Source: an uncultured Verrucomicrobiae bacterium
GTDB lineage: Bacteria > Verrucomicrobiota > Verrucomicrobiia > Chthoniobacterales > Chthoniobacteraceae
Assembly (NCBI GenBank): GCA_963836755.1
Contig: CAWIKF010000002.1
Coordinates: forward strand, 1,568,001-1,632,000
DNA length: 64,000 bases
Direction of reading: 5' to 3'
Numbering within the stretch: position 1 is the stretch's first letter; the number at the start of each line of letters is the position of its first letter. Below the pieces are notes generated by a model. It worked only from the letters and a program-made list of their open reading frames with translations. It did not search any database and was not told the DNA's origin. The position numbers and the translations under genes are program-made. Of this stretch, positions 30,182 through 38,234 are shown piece after piece.

Positions 30182-30197
30182 AGCTAATCCCGTGCCC
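30182..30197 (-). promoter_or_regulatory. Candidate sigma54 (-24/-12) promoter of the hybrid kinase
   Basis: GGGCACG-GGAT-TAGCT, GG-N10-GC spacing, 17 nt before the ATG. Confidence 0.4.
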
Positions 30198-30237
30198 GGG
30201 CGCTGCGCCGTTTTCGCCCCTTTAACGGACTGCAGAT

Positions 30238-30768
30238 TTAGTATTTCAGGAACGACCGCACCGCGACTGATTCTAGGTTTTTGCGCCCGTGCAAAAACTC
30301 GAGCTCGATCAAGAATTGCGCCTCGAGCAGCTCGCCGCCCATTTTCTTGATCAATTTCACTGCGGCCGCCGAAGTGCCGCCGGTCGCGAGCAAATCGTCG
30401 ATGAGCACGACTTTCTCGCCGGGCGTGATGGCGTCAATGTGCATCTCGACGCACGATTCGCCGTATTCCAGCGTGTAGCTCGCCGCCTCGGTTCGGAACG
30501 GGAGCTTCCCTTTTTTCCGCACCGGCACGAAGCCTGCGCCGAGCTCATACGCGACCGCGGCGCCAAACAAAAATCCGCGAGCGTCAATGCCGACAATCTT
30601 GTCGATTTGTTTCTCGGCGCAAGCATCAACGAAAACCTCGATCGCATTCTTGAAAAGTTTTCCGCTCGCGAGAATCGGCGTGATGTCCTTGAACAAAACT
30701 CCCTGCTTCGGGAAATCGGGGACGTCGCGCACGGCTCGCGAAAGCTCGGAGATGCGGTCGTGATTCAT
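30238..30768 (-). CDS. apt: Adenine phosphoribosyltransferase
   Basis: PDFPK.GVLFKDITP, ARGF, RKKGKLP, LEYG, IDDLLATGGT. Confidence 0.96.
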   Translation of the reverse strand: MNHDRISELSRAVRDVPDFPKQGVLFKDITPILASGKLFKNAIEVFVDACAEKQIDKIVGIDARGFLFGAAVAYELGAGFVPVRKKGKLPFRTEAASYTLEYGESCVEMHIDAITPGEKVVLIDDLLATGGTSAAAVKLIKKMGGELLEAQFLIELEFLHGRKNLESVAVRSFLKY

Positions 30769-30877
30769 GCGCGGCGGTTGTGGCAGAAAGCGCGGCGCGG
30801 CGCAAGTGCGCGAGAATTTCCGCGGGCTCATCGGCTGCCGTCTTGCGTCGCGCGAAGTGGCGTGTCAAAAGCTGCGC

Positions 30878-31618
30878 ATGTCTCCTGCCGTTTCGACGCG
30901 AAAATTTACGCCGCTCGACGAGCTCGTTCACGAGCAGATCGATGAGGAGGATTACAAGCACAAGCTCAAGCAGGAGCAGATCAAGCTGCTGGAACTCCAG
31001 CGCAGCCTGGAGCAGACGGAACGCTCGCTCGTCATCGTGCTCGAGGGTCCGGACGCGGCGGGGAAGGGCGGCGCGATCAAGCGCGTGGTCGAGCGGCTCG
31101 ATCCGCGCGTCGTGCGAGTTTATTCCATCATCAAGCCGACCGAGGAAGAGTTTCGTCATCATTATATGTGGCGCTTCTGGACAAAGTTGCCGGGCGATGG
31201 TGACGTCGCGATTTTCGACCGCTCGTGGTATGGCCGCGTGCTCGTGGAGCGCGTCGAGGGATTCGCGACCGAGGACGAATGGCGGCGCGCGTATCGCGAG
31301 ATTAACGAGTTTGAAAAAACGCTGACCGACGCCGGAACGGTGATCGTGAAATTCTATCTCCACATCACGAAAGACGAGCAGCTCGAGCGTTTCAAAAAGC
31401 GGGAGTCCGATCCGCTCAAGCATTGGAAAATCAGCGACGAAGATTGGCGCAATCGCAAAAAGTGGGACGAGCACAATCTGGCCGCGCAGGAAATGTTCGC
31501 GCGCACTTCGATGCCAAACGCGCGCTGGCATGTCTTCGGCGCAAATTACAAAAGGTGGGCGCGATTGAAAGTCGTGAAGACAGTGGTCAAGGCGCTGGAA
31601 AAAGCGGGGCTGCCGTGA
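30878..31618 (+). CDS. ppk2: Polyphosphate kinase 2 family protein
   Basis: EGPDAAGKGG, HYMWRF, FDRSWYGRVLVERV, WK....DW; single domain. Confidence 0.9.
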   Translation: MSPAVSTRKFTPLDELVHEQIDEEDYKHKLKQEQIKLLELQRSLEQTERSLVIVLEGPDAAGKGGAIKRVVERLDPRVVRVYSIIKPTEEEFRHHYMWRFWTKLPGDGDVAIFDRSWYGRVLVERVEGFATEDEWRRAYREINEFEKTLTDAGTVIVKFYLHITKDEQLERFKKRESDPLKHWKISDEDWRNRKKWDEHNLAAQEMFARTSMPNARWHVFGANYKRWARLKVVKTVVKALEKAGLP

Positions 31619-32280
31619 TCCGAATCGCGGCGCGGATTTTTCTCGGCATCGCGCTGTTGATCGGCTGCGCGGGTTGCGATGAAGTGTTTCAAAATAAAGC
31701 TTCGCGCAGCGTTGAGCACGCGGAGGACAAGGAAAAAGCCGGCGATTACCAGGCGGCGATCGAGCTTTATGAAGCCTCGCTCGACGGCACGCCGAAATGC
31801 GCGGACGTCCATTACCGCCTCGCGATGATCTACGATGAAAAACTCGGAAATCCGCTTTCGGCGTCGCATCACTTTCAGCGATATCTGGAACTTTCGCCCC
31901 ATGGCACGCACGCGAAAGACGCGCACGCTTCCATCAAACAGGACGAGCAAAAAATCATCGCTGCGCTGAGCAAAGGCGCGCTGATGACGCAGAACGACGC
32001 GGCGATTTTAAAAAACGAAAACCTGCGCCTGAACCAGCAATTGATGGAGCTGCGCGCTCGGCCGGCGGCGGTCGCAGTAGGAGCCAGTCCCGCGCGAAGG
32101 CCGATTCCAGCTGGCGCGCGGACCTACATCGTCGAGCCGCACGACACGCTGGCATCGATCTCGCGAAAATATTTCAAGACGTCCGCGCACTGGAAGGCGA
32201 TCCAGGACGCAAATTTTCAGACGCTCGGCGGCACCGTGAAATTAAAGCCGGGGATGAAACTCATCATTCCCGACCGATGA
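31615..32280 (+). CDS. TPR + LysM lipoprotein
   Basis: Lipobox-like LIGC/AGC, TPR helices, YIVEPHDTLASIS..LKPGMKLIIP; GTGA overlap with ppk2. Confidence 0.8.
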   Translation: MIRIAARIFLGIALLIGCAGCDEVFQNKASRSVEHAEDKEKAGDYQAAIELYEASLDGTPKCADVHYRLAMIYDEKLGNPLSASHHFQRYLELSPHGTHAKDAHASIKQDEQKIIAALSKGALMTQNDAAILKNENLRLNQQLMELRARPAAVAVGASPARRPIPAGARTYIVEPHDTLASISRKYFKTSAHWKAIQDANFQTLGGTVKLKPGMKLIIPDR

Positions 32281-33345
32281 TCACGCGTTGACAGCGTCGA
32301 TCAGAAGCCGGAGCCGGCCAAAGTTTGACTGGCGCGGTGTGAGGATGAGGCGCGGCAGATCTGCCAGCTCGGGCTCGTTCTTTTCCTGCGGCAACGCGCT
32401 GCCTTGCGTGATTTTGCCCGACAACAAGATGTCGCCAAAGCGTTCATTCAACACAGCGATAGCATCTGCACCCAGTTGCTCGTGCATGCGGATGACCATT
32501 TTTTTCCCGACCCAGCGATAGGAGACAAAGTTTTTGTAGAAGTGCAAAATTTCCGCGACTGCCTCGTCGACGTTCTCGCACAATTTGAAGAGCGAAAAGT
32601 CATCCTCGCCGACGAGCCCGAGCTTCAGCAAATGCCCGCGCAGGAAATCCATCCACGTCTGCCAATACGTGCCGCTCGGATGATCGACGAAGACCAGCGG
32701 GATGATCCGGCCTTTGCCCGTCTGCATCAGCGTGAGCACCTCGAACCCTTCATCGAGCGTGCCGAAGCCGCCCGGCAGCAGCGCCACCGCGTGCGTTTCC
32801 TTCACGAAATTGAGCTTGCGCGTGAAGAAATAATTAAAGTTCACGAGCTTCGTGTCGCCGTGAATCGTCTCATTCGCACGCTGCTCGAATGGCAAGCGGA
32901 TGTTTAAACCAAAGCTGTGTTCACGGCCCGCCCCGCGCTGCGCCGCGCCCATGATTCCTTCGCCGCCTCCGGTGATGATCATGTATTCGTGCTCGCGCAT
33001 TTTCCGCGCGAATTCTTCCGCGGCCTGGAATGAAGGCTCGGTCGGCTGGATTCGCGCGGAGCCGAAGACGACGACCTTTTTGATGTGCGTGTAAGGCGCA
33101 AAAACGCGCGCGGCGTAGCGAAGCTCTTTTAACGAACGGTTGAACAACTTCAAGTCCGCCACTGCCAGTCCGTCACGTCCCATTTTTAACGCGGTCACGA
33201 CCATTTCCTCGATCAGCTCGCATGATTTTCCGCAGCCGTAATCACTCACGAGTTGCTTGATGCGCCCGTCGATTTCCTCGCTTCCGCTCGTCGGTTGCGG
33301 CTGTGCGGGGAGCGCTGTGATTTCACCACCAGTAAAGTCGGGCAT
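32281..33345 (-). CDS. LOG-family nucleotide 5'-monophosphate phosphoribohydrolase (type II-like, extended)
   Basis: FGSAR, TGGG.GIMGA, GLNI.LPFEQ, YFFTRK, PGGFGTLDE. Confidence 0.88.
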   Translation of the reverse strand: MPDFTGGEITALPAQPQPTSGSEEIDGRIKQLVSDYGCGKSCELIEEMVVTALKMGRDGLAVADLKLFNRSLKELRYAARVFAPYTHIKKVVVFGSARIQPTEPSFQAAEEFARKMREHEYMIITGGGEGIMGAAQRGAGREHSFGLNIRLPFEQRANETIHGDTKLVNFNYFFTRKLNFVKETHAVALLPGGFGTLDEGFEVLTLMQTGKGRIIPLVFVDHPSGTYWQTWMDFLRGHLLKLGLVGEDDFSLFKLCENVDEAVAEILHFYKNFVSYRWVGKKMVIRMHEQLGADAIAVLNERFGDILLSGKITQGSALPQEKNEPELADLPRLILTPRQSNFGRLRLLIDAVNA

Positions 33346-33477
33346 GATTCGGCCACAATGCCGGAGGAACGCGCGCCGATGAAATCAAAATCGCGCAAGG
33401 CAGCTTGCTTTTAAGACAGCCATCGGTGTGGAGAATCCCGAGTGATCAGTGTCTATACAAATGTTTTCCTCTTAACG

Positions 33478-33494
33478 CTGGCACGCGCGATGCT
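33478..33494 (+). promoter_or_regulatory. Sigma54 (-24/-12) promoter
   Basis: CTGGCACG-CGCG-ATGCT, canonical GG-N10-GC, 16 nt before ATG 33510. Confidence 0.6.
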
Positions 33495-33509
33495 TCTCTC
33501 ACAACCCCG

Positions 33510-34202
33510 ATGATTCGAGCGAATTGCCGGGACCGATTTACTGCGGACGATTTTCGCTTCATCGTCCAGACCCTCGGCAAGTCCCGCCAATCGGCAGTTT
33601 CCCTCACAGATTTGCTCGGCGACGAGGAGACGCGCGACTCGATTCTCGACCATGAATTGCTGGTGCACGCGATCCTTTCGCACGATGCGCACTTGTCCAT
33701 TTCGCCACAGTTTTACTTCTACATTTTGACCAGACATGTCTTGAAAGACGCAGGTCTGCGCGACCGGCGAATCAGCGATTATCTTGCGTCATTGCTGGAA
33801 ACTTTTTCTCGCACTGCCAGGTTGAAATCGCCGGCCGGTTCGGGTGAAAACCCGCTTCAATACTTATCCGACATGCTGCTCGCATTGCGCGACGCATCGC
33901 CTGTGCAGACGTTTTTGATCCGCGCACATGTGGGAAATTACTCGCTGTTTCTAAGCGGAATTTTTCCGGAAAATGTTCAGCGCCGCTGCGATCGCGGTGC
34001 GCCCGATTTTTCTTATTACGAGGAAGTCGGGCGGATGAACTTTAAAGTTGTCGCCAATCATGCGGTCGCGCGCTCCGCGGATTTGAGCGACATTTACAAC
34101 GCGCTGGCAGCGCAATTTCACGACATCCGGCTCGCGCTCAATCGGCTCGCGGATACGCTCATGAACATTGATGACGCCGCGCACATCCCGCTCCTCGGAT
34201 GA
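33510..34202 (+). CDS. Conserved hypothetical all-helical protein
   Basis: 230 aa; DYLASLL..F, HVGNYSLFLSGIFP, YYE.VG motifs; coupled to the next gene. Confidence 0.8.
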   Translation: MIRANCRDRFTADDFRFIVQTLGKSRQSAVSLTDLLGDEETRDSILDHELLVHAILSHDAHLSISPQFYFYILTRHVLKDAGLRDRRISDYLASLLETFSRTARLKSPAGSGENPLQYLSDMLLALRDASPVQTFLIRAHVGNYSLFLSGIFPENVQRRCDRGAPDFSYYEEVGRMNFKVVANHAVARSADLSDIYNALAAQFHDIRLALNRLADTLMNIDDAAHIPLLG

Positions 34203-34900
34203 AGTGCGCCACGCTTTTCCGCGAGATTCAGGATTTGTTTGAGCGCACGTATGCGCGCGTCGGAATCAATCTTGAGGATTGCCTCATCGACCGGCAGCGC
34301 TGCGGCCAGCTGAGCCGGCTTGCGGGCGCATCGGCGCGGGAGCTGAGCGGACTCGCGCGCACATTTTTGCGCCGCTCGGGCGACCAGCTTTACATCGGGA
34401 TTTATTATTCGCGCTGGCTGATCGAGAAGTTGGAAAACAACGATCCCCGTCACGGTATCACGGGCGAAAACATCCGTTCGCTGATCGTTTTCGTGGAGGA
34501 GATTAACCATGCGTTGCACGCCGCGCTCAAATTTCAAAACGGACAACGCGAAGTCCTCGACGAAGATTTTGCACGCAACCTTGAGTTTCAGGCGCAGGTC
34601 GACACGTATCTCGTGCTGCTGCTTTTCGTGGCGTTCTTTCGCAAGACGCAAAAAATTTCGCATGCGGATCGGCGCTGGCTGCGGTTCCACATGTTTTCCG
34701 CGCAAACGCGAAACGCGTATACCGATCCAAATTTGCGCGGCCGATACATGGAAACGGCGGCGCTTGCAGAGAGTTATACAAGATATCTCGACGCGTTGAA
34801 TGCTGTGCGGCGTGTTGAGGAAATCCGAATTTTTCACGCGCTCGATTACGGCGAGAAAAAAAAGCGCATTTTGGAACTGAAAAATCGCGAAATTTCGTAA
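34199..34900 (+). CDS. Hypothetical protein with EExxH...E zincin-like motif
   Basis: VEEINHALH then NLEFQAQVDTY; ATGA overlap with the upstream gene. Confidence 0.75.
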   Translation: MKCATLFREIQDLFERTYARVGINLEDCLIDRQRCGQLSRLAGASARELSGLARTFLRRSGDQLYIGIYYSRWLIEKLENNDPRHGITGENIRSLIVFVEEINHALHAALKFQNGQREVLDEDFARNLEFQAQVDTYLVLLLFVAFFRKTQKISHADRRWLRFHMFSAQTRNAYTDPNLRGRYMETAALAESYTRYLDALNAVRRVEEIRIFHALDYGEKKKRILELKNREIS

Positions 34901-34941
34901 CGCGGATTGCCAAGCGCCGCGTGCCGCGCTTTAACTTGCGC

Positions 34942-35730
34942 ATGCTTCACCTCACGATCCTCGGCTCCGGCAGCGCCGGCAATTGCGCCGTGGTCGAGAG
35001 CGGCCAATGCACGCTGCTCATCGATGGTGGACTGAGCGCGCGGCAGATCGTGACGCGGCTGGAAAGTGTGGGGATTAATCCGCTCGAGCTGGATGGAATT
35101 TTGCTCACACATGAGCACATCGATCACGTGGGCGGGCTTGATGTTTTGTGCAAAAAGTTTTGCGTGCCGATTTATTGCAACGCGCTTACGGCGGAAGCGC
35201 TGCGGCGCAGCGAGGCGGCGTGCCGAAAAAACTTTCGCCTCTTCCAGACCGGCGGCGAATTCACCGTGAAGGACATCACGGTGCAGACTTTCCCGATTCC
35301 GCACGATGCAGTCGATCCGGTCGGGTTTGTTTTACATCAGGATTCGTCGGCACTCGGCTTTTGCACCGACCTTGGGTTCGCCACGAAGCTTGTGTTTGAG
35401 CGGCTTCGCGCGGTGCAGACGCTGGTGATCGAGACAAATCACGACGAAAAAATGTTGCAGGCGGACACGCGCCGACCCTGGCCCGTGAAGCAACGGATCA
35501 TGTCGCGGCACGGACATCTGTCGAATGCAGCTGCTGCGGAAGTGCTCGTGCAATTACTCGAGGGCGGCCTGCGCCGTGCGGTGCTTGGGCACTTGAGCCG
35601 CGATTGCAACCGACCGGAGCTGGCGCTCGATGCGGTGCGAGGGCGCTTTGCGGAAGCGGGTGCCGATGTGGAGGTTTTCTGCGCATCGCAGGCAGAAAAG
35701 AGTGCGCGCTTTTCGATAACGGCTGTTTAA
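34942..35730 (+). CDS. MBL-fold metallohydrolase (YycJ/WalJ-like)
   Basis: LGSGSAGN, THEHIDH, PHDA.DP, TDLG, ETNHD, GHLSN, HLS..N. Confidence 0.88.
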   Translation: MLHLTILGSGSAGNCAVVESGQCTLLIDGGLSARQIVTRLESVGINPLELDGILLTHEHIDHVGGLDVLCKKFCVPIYCNALTAEALRRSEAACRKNFRLFQTGGEFTVKDITVQTFPIPHDAVDPVGFVLHQDSSALGFCTDLGFATKLVFERLRAVQTLVIETNHDEKMLQADTRRPWPVKQRIMSRHGHLSNAAAAEVLVQLLEGGLRRAVLGHLSRDCNRPELALDAVRGRFAEAGADVEVFCASQAEKSARFSITAV

Positions 35731-36401
35731 CCTTCCGTTTGCTGCTCTTCCTCTGCCGCCGGCAAAGCCGGTATCTCGCCTGCGGTCATCGCGGCGCGGT
35801 GGATTTCCTGCAACCGGTGCTGCGCGTTCGCGGAATATTTCGTGTCCGGAAGGGTTTCGATGATTTGCGAAAGGAGCGCGCAGGCGCGGTCGGAATCGCC
35901 GCGGAAATTCCAGTAAACGTCGACGAGGCGATTCGCGAGAAAAGTCCCTTGCTCCGGCGCCCACTCGTTTTGAAGCGCGCGTTCCAAAAGTGCCGCCGCG
36001 CTTTCTGGGTCGCCGGATTTCTCGCAATAAAGTTTCGCGGCCTCGCTCAGCGCATGCGTGTCCGACGGATCATTTTCAAAAATTTCAAGATAGCTCGCGA
36101 TCGCACCTTCGTAATCGCCCTGCGCGATTTTCGCGAGCGCTTCGCTGTGCGGGTCGTGCTCGATCTGCTCATTCGGATTGAAGAAAAAATCTCCAATCCA
36201 GTCGCCAATCGCCGGCACGAGTGAGAGCGCGGTGATCATGCCGGCGATGACGGCGAGCAAAACGATGCCGATGAAAAGATAAACGACTTTTGTCTGGTCG
36301 GCGTGTTCGGCTGTTTGCATCACGCGCGTTTCGTGAAACAGGACGAAGCCAAACCAGATGAGGGCAGCAACAATGAGAGCGCGAGGGAGGATCGTCTTCA
36401 T
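35727..36401 (-). CDS. Membrane-anchored TPR protein
   Basis: Two N-terminal TM helices followed by TPR-like helices. Confidence 0.7.
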   Translation of the reverse strand: MKTILPRALIVAALIWFGFVLFHETRVMQTAEHADQTKVVYLFIGIVLLAVIAGMITALSLVPAIGDWIGDFFFNPNEQIEHDPHSEALAKIAQGDYEGAIASYLEIFENDPSDTHALSEAAKLYCEKSGDPESAAALLERALQNEWAPEQGTFLANRLVDVYWNFRGDSDRACALLSQIIETLPDTKYSANAQHRLQEIHRAAMTAGEIPALPAAEEEQQTEG

Positions 36402-36512
36402 GAGTCTGAGGGGGAGCTTTGATCTAAGCAAACCGAGGATGCGACGTAAATCGATTTGCGAAGCCCTTTTCACTTGCCATCGGCGAGGCGACCGCGAAGA
36501 TACCGCTGCCCC

Positions 36513-36583
36513 GCGGGCATAGCTTAATGGTAAAGCTCCAGCCTTCCAAGCTGGCCATGAGGGTTCGATTCCCTTTGCCCGCT
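36513..36583 (+). tRNA. tRNA-Gly (TCC), 3' CCA not encoded
   Basis: Acceptor GCGGGCA/TGCCCGC; anticodon arm CCAGC-CTTCCAA-GCTGG; T-arm GGTTCGATTCC; discriminator T. Confidence 0.95.
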
Positions 36584-36676
36584 CTCATTTTAGAAAAATT
36601 CCATGTCGCAAAATAATTCTCTTGCTCGTCAAAGTTTGCTCCGGTAAACGAAAACGCTTCCCGGTTTTTCCCACCT

Positions 36677-38134
36677 ATGAAACGGCGTTTCACGGCAATC
36701 ACTCTCGCGAGTCTCCTCGCAACTGGCACAGTCGGCGCGCAGGATGCAGCTCCTGCCGATAGCGGCACGAGCACGGACATCGCGCCCCCCTCAAATAACG
36801 CGCCCTCATCGTCATTCGCACCGTCGACCGGTCCGAACGAAGCATCGCCATTGCCTAGCGAAAGCGGCGCGCTCACGCCTGGGGGGAACCAAGCACTTTC
36901 TGCCGGCGTGGTCTCAGGCGCAGCTCCAGTGGCTCCGCCTTCAAGTTTCGATCTTCCTGGCGGCAATGGCTTTTTGCCGACCACGGCGACGGCGGGCCAG
37001 GGGCGATTCGCGCAGCCGAGGTTCCGTGTCACCGTCTCGCTGTCGCAGGGATACAATGACAACGTTTACGATACGCCATCGCATCCGATTGTGCCGCAGA
37101 AGAAGATTGGCAGCGCTGTCACCAATGGACGAATCGCGTTTCAGACACAGGCAATCACTCCGCGCAGTGTTTTCACTTTAGATGCAAGCGGCGGCGTCCT
37201 TTATTATTGGGATCGGCCCGGTCGTGCGACTGATTATGAAGGAGACGTCGGCCTTTCTTTCGCCCATCGCATCAATCCTCGCATGAATGTCTCCGCGCAG
37301 GGGAATGCGGTTTTTTCCAGCGAGCCCGATTTTAGCCGAATCAACACGCCATCGGGCCGATCCGTCACGGACGAATATTTCTCGGCGAATACGAAGCTCG
37401 ATTTGACCTACGGTTGGACGCGGCGCTTTTCCACGGATTCGAGCTATTTTTTCAATACCACGGTGCCCATCAATCAGAACAATACGGGTCAGGTCGGCAT
37501 CAACAAGTATTACGAGAACGGGCTCGGAACGGAGTTTCGCTATACCGTTTCGCCGCGCTCGACCGCGGTGCTCGATTTTCGTGAAACATTGGACACGCAT
37601 CCCGATGATTCGCAGCAGGATTCCAATAGCACATTCCTGCTGGCTGGTTTCGATTATGCCGCGAGCAATCGGATTCATGCAACGCTGCGCGTGGGCGACC
37701 AAATTCGCAATTTTAGCGAGGGCGATACGGAGAACACGCCTTACGTTGAAACCACGGCATCGTATCTCTTCTCGCGGGGAAGCGTGATTTGGACGAACCG
37801 CTATGGATTCGAGGAAGCCGGCAGCGCATTTGAGAGCGCGACGCAAAGCCGCCTCACTTATCGGACAAGTCTTGGACTTACCTACGCTTTTGGAGCTCGC
37901 CTTACCTCAAATGTCGGGGTTGCGTATAACTACAACACCGTTTCAACCGTCAGTGGGCCGTCGCAACCGGACATCACCGAGCAGCAATTACAAGTGAACG
38001 CAGGCCTCACCTATGTCGTGACCAGTCATCTGGCATTTAACCTCAATTATACTTTGACGAAGCTCTTCTCGAATCAGCAGGGGCAGGATTATCTGACCAA
38101 TCAGATCTTTCTCGGCGCGAGCTACTCATTTTAG
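36677..38134 (+). CDS. Outer-membrane beta-barrel protein of a polysaccharide export system
   Basis: Signal peptide, disordered Ser/Pro linker, GYNDNV, amphipathic beta strands, terminal YSF; upstream of wzc/wza. Confidence 0.8.
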   Translation: MKRRFTAITLASLLATGTVGAQDAAPADSGTSTDIAPPSNNAPSSSFAPSTGPNEASPLPSESGALTPGGNQALSAGVVSGAAPVAPPSSFDLPGGNGFLPTTATAGQGRFAQPRFRVTVSLSQGYNDNVYDTPSHPIVPQKKIGSAVTNGRIAFQTQAITPRSVFTLDASGGVLYYWDRPGRATDYEGDVGLSFAHRINPRMNVSAQGNAVFSSEPDFSRINTPSGRSVTDEYFSANTKLDLTYGWTRRFSTDSSYFFNTTVPINQNNTGQVGINKYYENGLGTEFRYTVSPRSTAVLDFRETLDTHPDDSQQDSNSTFLLAGFDYAASNRIHATLRVGDQIRNFSEGDTENTPYVETTASYLFSRGSVIWTNRYGFEEAGSAFESATQSRLTYRTSLGLTYAFGARLTSNVGVAYNYNTVSTVSGPSQPDITEQQLQVNAGLTYVVTSHLAFNLNYTLTKLFSNQQGQDYLTNQIFLGASYSF

Positions 38135-38234
38135 TTTTTTCATTCGCCCGTTGGAACTTTCGTTCCATGAGGGCTTGCGGCTTGGTGGCAGGCGGATTAC
38201 CTTGGCGGGCTGATTTGCGCTTTTCCCTCTTGCT

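Noticed and set aside
36584..36586. Missing CCA as evidence of a tRNA pseudogene
   Set aside because: The cloverleaf is intact, and many bacteria add CCA post-transcriptionally.
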